Under the pieces are notes generated by a model. The model ran no database searches. It had not been told where the DNA came from and saw only the letters and a program-made list of their open reading frames with translations. Shown here piece by piece: positions 1-7,696 of a stretch of 39,631 nt of DNA; positions within the stretch are counted from its first letter, which is position 1, and each line of letters starts with the position of its first letter. The translations under genes and the position numbers were made by a program. The stretch is from NCBI GenBank assembly GCA_005223125.1, contig NJBH01000035.1:1-39631 (forward strand), read 5' to 3'. The stretch is from Promethearchaeota archaeon Loki_b32 (lineage in GTDB: Archaea > Asgardarchaeota > Lokiarchaeia > Sigyniarchaeales > SOKP01).

Positions 1-70
1 ATCAATCCTTCTTTAAAATCCCAATAGGTGTGGATTGTAGCTTTTTTAATTTCAGAAGGTTTTGCTGGCA
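1..70 (-). CDS. Partial CDS (N-terminus only; runs off the window edge), unknown function
   Basis: ATG at 70 on the minus strand opens MPAKPSEIKKATIHTYWDFKEGL... with no stop before position 1. Confidence 0.55.
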
Positions 71-229
71 TTAAATAAGATAAGGATTTAACGAAGATAA
101 ATCTTTCTATTAAGCTTAACGAGCCTATTTATTTTTGTCGGGTGAGTGTTGTTTGACACTAAAGTTTTTTTTAATAGATGATCAAAAAATTAAAAGGTAC
201 AAATAAAAAAATGGCGAAATAATAAAGAC

Positions 230-1207
230 TTAAAGGAAACCTAAAAGTTCCATAATTAACGACTCATAAGATCTACCATGAATCTTTCCAATCTGAGTCA
301 AGCTTGCATTTTTTCCGCTATTTGGATTAATTTTAGCTAGATATGGAATACCGTTAACATCTATTGGATATAAGTTATTATTAGAATCACTAATGACATC
401 AATCCTCGCTAAATCGTGTATTCCAAAAATATCATAAATAATTTTACCCAATTCAATTAATCTATCATTAAGATCTAAAGATTTTACAGCATTTTTTTTA
501 TAGTGCTCTTCTTTCATATCGCGATCATAAACTTTTCCTAAGGGAATTCCTATTTCAACAGGATATATTTCTGGTTTTCCCCCAATAATCAATATTTGAA
601 ACTCCTTTTTACTCTCTAAAAACTTTTCAGCAATAACATCACTATATTGTTCTTTTAAAAACATAGTATGATATATTGCTAAATGAATATCTTCAAAAAC
701 AGCTATACCTTTACTGGAATAACTTTGAGATGGTTTTAAAATAATTTTTTTATGTCTGTTTAGAAATTCATTTAAACTATTAAAATTATTTACATCTACT
801 CTCATAAAAGGCAAAACTTCAATTCCGGAACTCTTTAACTTTTTTTGACATAAAATCTTATCATACATTAATTTCATGGTATCACTAGAACTCAAATAAT
901 GGGGAATCTTCTGTCTTTCAAGTTCATTAAAAATCCATTTTTTCATACCACTATTTGCTAAATTATGATAAAAATCACAAAAAACAATATTTGCACCTGA
1001 TTTTTTAAAAATGCTAGATAATTTGGAAAAATCATTTCCTATCTCAAAAAAATGAGTTTTAAAATCAATATCTTTCTTTTTCATAACCTCAATAACATAA
1101 GACATCTCACCACTATACTCCCGTTTAAACTCAATGTCTCTTTGATTTTCATCCAATCCTATCCATAAAGGACTTTCCCTTCCTAAAAATAAAATTCTAA
1201 TACTCAA
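230..1207 (-). CDS. ATP-grasp protein, D-Ala-D-Ala ligase-like
   Basis: DK(ILCQ), ILKPSQSYSSKGI, EKFL..KEF and ARID...IDVNGIP motifs follow the Ddl/ATP-grasp order; TTG start. Confidence 0.8.
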   Translation of the reverse strand: MSIRILFLGRESPLWIGLDENQRDIEFKREYSGEMSYVIEVMKKKDIDFKTHFFEIGNDFSKLSSIFKKSGANIVFCDFYHNLANSGMKKWIFNELERQKIPHYLSSSDTMKLMYDKILCQKKLKSSGIEVLPFMRVDVNNFNSLNEFLNRHKKIILKPSQSYSSKGIAVFEDIHLAIYHTMFLKEQYSDVIAEKFLESKKEFQILIIGGKPEIYPVEIGIPLGKVYDRDMKEEHYKKNAVKSLDLNDRLIELGKIIYDIFGIHDLARIDVISDSNNNLYPIDVNGIPYLAKINPNSGKNASLTQIGKIHGRSYESLIMELLGFL

Positions 1208-1278
1208 TTTTATCAGCTATGCATAATATATTTTAAAAACAATAATTTTAATCGATGCTTTCAAACACTGTTAGAACT

Positions 1279-2259
1279 TCAAATTTTGATCATTCCTAAA
1301 CTTTTGCTTATTTTATAAGGATTTATAGTAACTCTTCGAATATATTCAGGAAGAATGTCTAACCCTCCATCTGCAATCTCCAAAAGTATCGGAGCAACTT
1401 GAATGCTGTATCGCTTTGAAATTCCTACAGGATCAAGCCCTGGCCACCCCCAACAAGAAGTATGGATCACATCATCTACAATAAAAGAATTATCATCTAT
1501 ACTTGTCGGATGCATCGTCTCAATCGGTGATTGACCCTCAGGATTGGATATTAAATCAAGTATTACTGATCCAGGCTTAAAAAGTTTTAACATCTTTCTA
1601 GTAATAAGAATTGTTTTACCCCGTTTTTCCATAGGCCAGTTAATCCCATTAACTAATATATCTATTCCTGGAATATGTTTCTTCATTTTATAAAAATCTT
1701 TTTTATTAAGGACTGTAACTGAAGCAAAATTTCTTGCTGCAAATCTTATTGCGCCCCATGCTACAGGACCATAACCCATTACTTTCACCACACACTTTTG
1801 TGGATTTCTATATCTTCCAGCAGTCAGCCACAATTCAAAACCTTTCTTCATACCAAGATATCCTGTTTCATGAAGTGCTTCTATCTTGCGATCCCCTGAA
1901 GGATTTTTAATTTCTTCCATAGGTATGGCAAAAATATTACGCTTCTTTAATAAATCTCTTAGATTGCGATTGCCAGGAAGATGAAGCATTGAAAAAATTG
2001 CTGATCCTGGCTTCATAAGCTTGAGTTCTTCTTCCACTGGTTCTTTAAGTCTCACAACAATATCGCATGCATAAACTTCGGTTTTATTTACTACTTGAAC
2101 GTGAACATTCTGGTATTCTGAATCATCTATTCCGATCCCTCTTCCCGCACCACTTTCGACTAAAATTTCATGCTTATCAGAAAGCTCTTTGAGCTCTTGA
2201 GGTCTTAAAATGACTCTCTTTTCTTTTGGTCTATTTTCCGCAGCAATTCCAATTCTCAT
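1279..2259 (-). CDS. Alanine dehydrogenase/PNT superfamily NAD(P)-dependent oxidoreductase
   Basis: MRIGIAAENRPKEKRVILRP, VESGAGRGIG, DIVVRLKEP and KPGSVILDL match the AlaDh_PNT N- and C-domains. Confidence 0.8.
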   Translation of the reverse strand: MRIGIAAENRPKEKRVILRPQELKELSDKHEILVESGAGRGIGIDDSEYQNVHVQVVNKTEVYACDIVVRLKEPVEEELKLMKPGSAIFSMLHLPGNRNLRDLLKKRNIFAIPMEEIKNPSGDRKIEALHETGYLGMKKGFELWLTAGRYRNPQKCVVKVMGYGPVAWGAIRFAARNFASVTVLNKKDFYKMKKHIPGIDILVNGINWPMEKRGKTILITRKMLKLFKPGSVILDLISNPEGQSPIETMHPTSIDDNSFIVDDVIHTSCWGWPGLDPVGISKRYSIQVAPILLEIADGGLDILPEYIRRVTINPYKISKSLGMIKI

Positions 2260-2863
2260 ATAAAATTTACCCCTTAATTTTCAATAGAATTAACTTTTTT
2301 TCCTACAAAATTTTTAAAATGTATTTATTCTTAACTCTCTCTTCTATACCAACAAATTTATTAGAGTATGGGTTTTTTCATTCTAGATAATTTTTAGTCA
2401 TAAATTTTAACTCTTTTTGGTTTTTCTGATTTTTATTTCCAAATATTTTTTATATATGAAATTATCAATCAACTCAACAATTGGTATAGTGATTAATAAT
2501 ACGTGATAATGCTTGAAATTACTAATTTGTCTGTTAAATTTTTCTTTAGATATATTTTTATTAAAAAAGATAAAAATTTAACATAAAATCTTCAAATTAC
2601 TTGATTCACGTCATATTATTAGTGTAAATAGATAATAAGACACTTTATTTATAAACATGACTATTCTAATTAAAGAAAGTAAGTAGGGTATTTAATTAAT
2701 TAGAAAAATATTTGACTAAATAAATATCTAAACCATTTTTTTTATATGAAATTTATCTTGTAAAAAAATTTTTAATTTAACAATAATTTAATGTAAGTAG
2801 CATAGGTTTTAAAAAAAGGTGCCTCAATAGCTCAGTCGGTAGAGCGTTGCCTTGGTAAGGCAA

Positions 2864-2893
2864 TTCATAAGGGATTTATCCCTTTGAGCTTAT
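2864..2893 (+). other. 30-nt tRNA intron at position 43/44
   Basis: Helix AGGC/GCTT, bulges AA^T and AT^A, inner stems TCA/TGA and AAGGGA/TCCCTT; removal gives GGCAA-AGGTC. Confidence 0.85.
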
Positions 2894-2909
2894 AGGTCGG
2901 GGGATCATA

Positions 2910-2939
2910 ATACTCGAGCATTTAGCTCGAAAAGGGTAA
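2910..2939 (+). other. 30-nt tRNA intron in the T-loop (best fit 59/60)
   Basis: Relaxed BHB: ATCA/GGGT (3 of 4 pairs), bulges TA^A and AA^A, hairpin TCGAGC/GCTCGA; removal leaves a 7-nt T-loop; exact junction uncertain. Confidence 0.7.
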
Positions 2940-2969
2940 ACCCCCTTGAGGCTCCATTGGAATAAAAGA

Positions 2970-2983
2970 GCTGGTGTGGCTTA
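2970..2983 (+). repeat. Duplicated 5' end of tRNA-Met (direct repeat with 3912-3925)
   Basis: GCTGGTGTGGCTTA vs GCCGGTGTGGCTTA, 13/14 identical. Confidence 0.8.
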
Positions 2984-2984
2984 T

Positions 2985-3776
2985 TTATGAACAACAAGAG
3001 TCTTTCCTTTTATATTTGCTTTTTAATGCTTGATTGATTGAACTTCCTAATGAATTTAAAATTTTTTCAATTTCTTCTCTTTTAAATTCCCATTTTTTTG
3101 GTCTAATTAATTCAAGAAATTTCTTCACATGATTTTTTGCTCTAATTAATACTTGATAAGCAATATATATTTTATTCGAAGATTTAGAAATATAAGGAGA
3201 TTCAGTTATTTTCCCCGTCCTGATTTTAAGAGATTTACACATTTCTTTAAAATCATGAACGAGAGAGATTGATGCATTTTTAAAGCCAATTCCAATTATC
3301 TTATTGAAATGATCTACATATATAGAACCATCTGTGTCTACCAATCCCCTTAAGCATCCGATGACTAATGAACGGTATTTCAATTCCCAATTTTTCTGAT
3401 TGTTTATAATCCATAATTCATCTTTTTTTATCCAATTAGGTACTGAGATTTGATTTTTAACTTTATCCCCTGTTAAAAGTCCTTTTAAAATCATAAAATC
3501 GATAATTTGATCATTATATATTTTCAAATCAATAGATTTACTATCGATTCGAACATGCAATTTTGGTTTTTCATTAAATAGACTAATTAAAAGTTGTCTA
3601 ACATATTCTACATATTCTGATTCCTCTATTCTATTGAGGGAAATACTTAAAACACTTCCGAGATAAGATTTTTCACCTTTTTTATGAAGATGTCCATCTC
3701 CAAGTAAAATTCCAATTAATTCTGCTAATGATTCATTTTCTTCTAAATAATATCCATTCGGATTATTCATAAACAT
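2985..3776 (-). CDS. Free-standing two-motif LAGLIDADG (DOD/intein-type) homing endonuclease
   Basis: LAELIGILLGDG and CLRGLVDTDGSI motifs about 120 aa apart; no intein splicing ends. Confidence 0.9.
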   Translation of the reverse strand: MFMNNPNGYYLEENESLAELIGILLGDGHLHKKGEKSYLGSVLSISLNRIEESEYVEYVRQLLISLFNEKPKLHVRIDSKSIDLKIYNDQIIDFMILKGLLTGDKVKNQISVPNWIKKDELWIINNQKNWELKYRSLVIGCLRGLVDTDGSIYVDHFNKIIGIGFKNASISLVHDFKEMCKSLKIRTGKITESPYISKSSNKIYIAYQVLIRAKNHVKKFLELIRPKKWEFKREEIEKILNSLGSSINQALKSKYKRKDSCCS

Positions 3777-3935
3777 TCAAATCAGTAATTTTTTGAATAG
3801 AATAAATATACAAGCAGAGAATAGATTTATTAATTAAATATGAAAGAAAAAACAAAAAAGATAATAATAATTTTATATTTATAAAATTACTAATCTTAAT
3901 ATACCTTATAGGCCGGTGTGGCTTAGCTGGTTATA

Positions 3936-3965
3936 AAGCATTTGAGATAATCATATGTTTAATAG
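3936..3965 (+). other. 30-nt tRNA intron in the D-arm (23/24)
   Basis: Helix GTTA/TAAT, bulges TA^A and AG^G, inner stem AGCAT/ATGTT. Confidence 0.8.
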
Positions 3966-3980
3966 GCGCCAGACTCATAA

Positions 3981-4013
3981 TCCTACTGAAAAAATGGGTC
4001 AGACTGGATGTAT
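3981..4013 (+). other. 33-nt tRNA intron at the anticodon loop 3' edge (best fit 38/39)
   Basis: TCAT/ATGT helix (3 of 4 pairs), bulges AA^T and AT^T, inner CC/GG and CTGA/TCAG pairs; removal restores CTCATAA-TCTGG. Confidence 0.75.
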
Positions 4014-4318
4014 TCTGGAGGTTCGAGGGCTCGAATCCCTCCACCGGCACTCTTTTTACATTAAAAAAATTATATTAAAATTGGAATTAGTTTATTCTGA
4101 AATTCCCAGATTTAAGTATACAATAGAGACTTTCCTTTCAGGAATAGATGTTATGCCAATGGTTGGTTTAATGAAGCCTGACTTTTAAAATCCCCATACT
4201 TTTTTGATTTATAGTATTTATATTTTAAATTCACTTCTTTTTTAATTTGAAGTGTTTGATATTATTTAGATTAAGAACCTAAAAGGTTTTTTATAGCAAT
4301 ATCTTAAATAAAATTGTT

Positions 4319-5890
4319 ATGAAACCATTTAATTCTGAAATGATTAGTTCTGAAGAGATGGCGATTTTAGATAATAACTCAGAGTGGCTCGGAATACCTA
4401 AAAGTCACTTAATGGAATGTGCTGGTTATGCTTTCGCAACTAAAATTATGAATCGTGGTTATTTAGGGATAGAAAATAAAGCAGTAATTTTTTGTGGAAC
4501 CGGAAACAATGGAGGAGATGGATTTGTTGTTGCTAGGCACTTAAGTTCTTATGGAGTTAAAGTTTTGGTTATTTTAGTTGGCAATTCAGATAAAATTCGA
4601 ACTAAAGAGGCTCAGTTAAACTGGAATATAATTTTTAATAACCTTAATTATTCTATTGAAGTAGAAATAGTAAAAGATTCCACAGATTTAATTAATATAG
4701 GAAATAGTATTAAAGAAGATAAAAGTTATCATGTAATTGTTGATGGACTGTTAGGAACGGGAATAGAAGGAAAAATCAGAGAACCTATAGCTTCTGCAAT
4801 AGATCTAATAAATGATATTAAAAAATTAGAGAATGAAAGGATTACCGTAGTTTCCATTGATGTACCATCAGGAGTAGATCCCAATACTGGAGCTGTCTCT
4901 GATAAGGCAGTAAAAGCAGATCTAGTAATTACTTTTCATAGAAGGAAAAAAGGACTGTCTTGTAGCAGTGAGCATATAAAAGAGATTGTAGAAAAGTCGA
5001 TTGGTATCCCTCCAGAAGCTAGTATTTTTGTAGGTAGAGGTAATTTATTACCTACCTTGAAAAAAAGAAGAAAAGATGTTCATAAGGGAGAATTTGGAAA
5101 AATTTTGATAATTGGAGGTTCTAAAGATTATTCTGGAGCCCCGACTTATGCTTCATTAACTGGTATTAACTTCGGGATTGATTTAGTAATAACCTACGTG
5201 CCAGAAGTAATTGTAAATGCTCTCAGGAACTATTCTCCTAACATGATTGTGAGATCTAGTAAAGGAAACTGGCTAAATACAGAATCTTTAGATGATCTTA
5301 CAGAATTGATAAAATGGGCAGATTCAATATTAATTGGTCCTGGTTTGGGAATAGAAAAAGAAACCGAAAATTTATTGGTGAAATTGCTCAAAATTTTAAA
5401 ACAATTTAAAAAGCCATTTATACTTGATGCTGATGCTTTAAAATTGATAAAGAATCATCTTGATTTAATTAAAGGCTTACCTGTAATATTAACTCCTCAT
5501 GAAGGTGAATTAAAAATTATGACGGGTATGGAATTGCCCCCTTATAATAACATGGTTGATCGTAGTAAAATAATATTTGACTTGGCCAAAAAATTAGACG
5601 TAACTTTACTTGTAAAAGGACCATATGATTATATATCAAATCGAAAGCAAATTAAGATTAATAAAACTGGTTGTCCTGAAATGAGTATTGGAGGAACGGG
5701 TGATGTATTAGCAGGATTATGTGCTTGCTTTATTGCAATAAAAAATGATTCTTTTCAGTCTGCATGTTCAGCAGCTTTTCTTAATGGCATAATGGGTGAA
5801 TATTGTAAAACTAATATCGGTGATCGCTTTACAGCATTGGATTTGGTTAAAAATATTAATAATGTGATTAGAAGCGTTCTTAATTTTTAA
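4319..5890 (+). CDS. nnr: Bifunctional NAD(P)H-hydrate epimerase/dehydratase (YjeF)
   Basis: LMECAG, GTGNNGGDG, VDGLLGTG, IDVPSG, HKGEFG, IGPGLG, LDADAL, LTPHEGE, GGTGDVLAG. Confidence 0.96.
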   Translation: MKPFNSEMISSEEMAILDNNSEWLGIPKSHLMECAGYAFATKIMNRGYLGIENKAVIFCGTGNNGGDGFVVARHLSSYGVKVLVILVGNSDKIRTKEAQLNWNIIFNNLNYSIEVEIVKDSTDLINIGNSIKEDKSYHVIVDGLLGTGIEGKIREPIASAIDLINDIKKLENERITVVSIDVPSGVDPNTGAVSDKAVKADLVITFHRRKKGLSCSSEHIKEIVEKSIGIPPEASIFVGRGNLLPTLKKRRKDVHKGEFGKILIIGGSKDYSGAPTYASLTGINFGIDLVITYVPEVIVNALRNYSPNMIVRSSKGNWLNTESLDDLTELIKWADSILIGPGLGIEKETENLLVKLLKILKQFKKPFILDADALKLIKNHLDLIKGLPVILTPHEGELKIMTGMELPPYNNMVDRSKIIFDLAKKLDVTLLVKGPYDYISNRKQIKINKTGCPEMSIGGTGDVLAGLCACFIAIKNDSFQSACSAAFLNGIMGEYCKTNIGDRFTALDLVKNINNVIRSVLNF

Positions 5891-6062
5891 TACTTTGCAA
5901 AACGATAACTGTCTATTAACAGATGTCAGAACGTGAATAAATTACAAAATAAAGATTTATTAATTTCTAATATTATTATATTATTAACTTAGTTATTGTG
6001 AAAACTTAAGTTGAGGTTGCAGATTTTAATTTAAACTAAATTTCAAAAAAAAAAAAAGGAGA

Positions 6063-6902
6063 TTGATTAAAATACCACAAGTATTTCTCATTAATCCAGA
6101 TGGAACAACTACAGAACTTACAAGTGACGGTCCGATTAAAGATATATTAAAGACGGAGGAATGTTATGTACTTATTGCTGATGATATAAGAAAAATGTTT
6201 CTATGGAAAGGTGTTAAAAGTAGCGTTAGATCAAAATTTATTGGGGCTAAAAGATCTCAAGAAATTAGAGGTCAAGTTGGAATGCACTATGCTGTGATCC
6301 CACTTGATGAGGGTGAAGAGGATCCTGAATTTATTAAGTTAATTGGAGGTCAAACAGAAGCAGGAATAGCAAAAGAAATTAGAGCAGCAGAAGTCTCTAC
6401 TCCTTCAGTGCATCCATTACGAGAAAAGAATATTTTTGGAACTCCAAGACCCGCTGAAGGTATGAATATAGCAGGAAGCAGAGATCGCGAAACTCAAAAT
6501 CTTGGTCCCTTATATAGGGGCGATGGATCTATGGCCGATTTGATGCAAGACCAAACTCAAGTTGATTTTCAAAAAGTGATGCAAAAATTAGAAGAAATTC
6601 AAATGCCCCCCGGATTTGAAAGAGAACTTATTATCATTGGTAATCATGCATACTCTATTGTTGAAAAAGTACAACAATTTCTTGGAAAAAAACAAGTCAC
6701 AAAGGAAATTTCTAAGGTCGGTGCGATTCCTGAGGGTGTATTTTTTGCTGAAGATTATTCTCCACGAATATTATCAGAAAATGGTAAAATTATTGCTATT
6801 GAATTTCTTAAACGTACTAACGCCACTTCCAAACCAGTAGAAGCTAAAAGCAAGAGAGAAATGTTAAAGGAGCAAATTAAAGAACAATTAGGAGGAAATT
6901 AA
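6063..6902 (+). CDS. Gelsolin-like domain protein with a C-terminal extension
   Basis: CYVLI...MFLWKG..SS..SKFIGA...LDEGEEDPEF matches the gelsolin repeat pattern; TTG start. Confidence 0.8.
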   Translation: MIKIPQVFLINPDGTTTELTSDGPIKDILKTEECYVLIADDIRKMFLWKGVKSSVRSKFIGAKRSQEIRGQVGMHYAVIPLDEGEEDPEFIKLIGGQTEAGIAKEIRAAEVSTPSVHPLREKNIFGTPRPAEGMNIAGSRDRETQNLGPLYRGDGSMADLMQDQTQVDFQKVMQKLEEIQMPPGFERELIIIGNHAYSIVEKVQQFLGKKQVTKEISKVGAIPEGVFFAEDYSPRILSENGKIIAIEFLKRTNATSKPVEAKSKREMLKEQIKEQLGGN

Positions 6903-7101
6903 AAATACAAAATTTCCCATCAACTTTATTCTTATTAATTTATTACTCATAAATTAAAAGCATTAAGATGTAAGATAATAATTTCATTTCAGATGTAAAT
7001 TTCTAAATCTTTAAAAACAAGATTTAACAAATTAGAAATATAAATTTTTAAGTTTAAACTTTTTAATTAATATTAATTAAATCACAATATTTTACTTTAT
7101 T

Positions 7102-7491
7102 ATGAGTGACTTAACTCCTGAAGAAGCAACTGCTTTAAGTAACTTTCTAGGGAGCATAACAGAATACTCTGAATTGGAAGCATTAGCACTAATAACACGA
7201 GAAGGTTTAAGATTAGCTTTTAGTGCTATTCCGGGATATAATTTGGATCCCGATCTCTTTTCAAGTCTTAGTGCGGTAGTTGTTCAGTCAGGAAGCGATG
7301 CTGTTGCTGCTTTAGGGTATACAAATATGCTTGAAGTTGTATTACGTGGTGATAATGGATTTATAATTCTTAGTGCTGCTGGACGATTTTTTTTAATGGG
7401 AGCCTCAAGAGATATTGCAGATCTGGGAAAAATCGTTAAAGTGTTTCGATATTACTCTCAAGAGATATCTAAACGTTATCCTTTAACATAA
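7102..7491 (+). CDS. Roadblock/LC7 (MglB-like) domain protein
   Basis: LALITREGL, LSAVVV, EVVLRGDNGFIILSAAG and DLGKI fit the Roadblock pattern; 129 aa. Confidence 0.85.
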   Translation: MSDLTPEEATALSNFLGSITEYSELEALALITREGLRLAFSAIPGYNLDPDLFSSLSAVVVQSGSDAVAALGYTNMLEVVLRGDNGFIILSAAGRFFLMGASRDIADLGKIVKVFRYYSQEISKRYPLT

Positions 7492-7696
7492 AATTACGGT
7501 AATAGAAAGAAATCTCATATTAATATTGAATTTTAATATAAATAGATTTATATTTATTATAATATCAAATCTAGATAAATATCTTATACTGATATTAGTT
7601 TATTATTTATAAGGAATACAATTAATTGTTGATAGAAATTTTAAGTTTTATCACTTATATTATATTAAAAAACTTTAGTAAATAATTTGTATAATT

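Larger units (their letters stand above)
2821..2956 (+). tRNA. tRNA-Thr(GGT) with two non-canonical introns and encoded CCA
   Basis: Acceptor GCCTCAA/TTGAGGC, D-stem GCTC/GAGC, anticodon arm TTGCC-TTGGTAA-GGCAA, T-stem GGGGG/CCCCC, discriminator T then CCA. Confidence 0.92.
3912..4049 (+). tRNA. tRNA-Met(CAT), probably elongator, with two introns
   Basis: Acceptor GCCGGTG/CACCGGC, spliced D-arm GCTTAGCTGGTTATAGC, anticodon arm CCAGA-CTCATAA-TCTGG, T-stem GAGGG/CCCTC, discriminator A. Confidence 0.88.

Noticed and set aside
2864-2893. Long variable arm in tRNA-Thr
   Set aside because: Thr tRNAs are class I, and the insert has BHB geometry whose removal leaves a standard AGGTC.
2970-4049. Giant endonuclease-containing intron or split tRNA using the upstream 14-nt fragment as an exon
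   Set aside because: No BHB pairing between the two junctions is visible, the nuclease is antisense, and the downstream gene already has a complete 5' end.
3955-4188. 77-aa ORF
   Set aside because: It overlaps the tRNA-Met gene and has no protein motifs.
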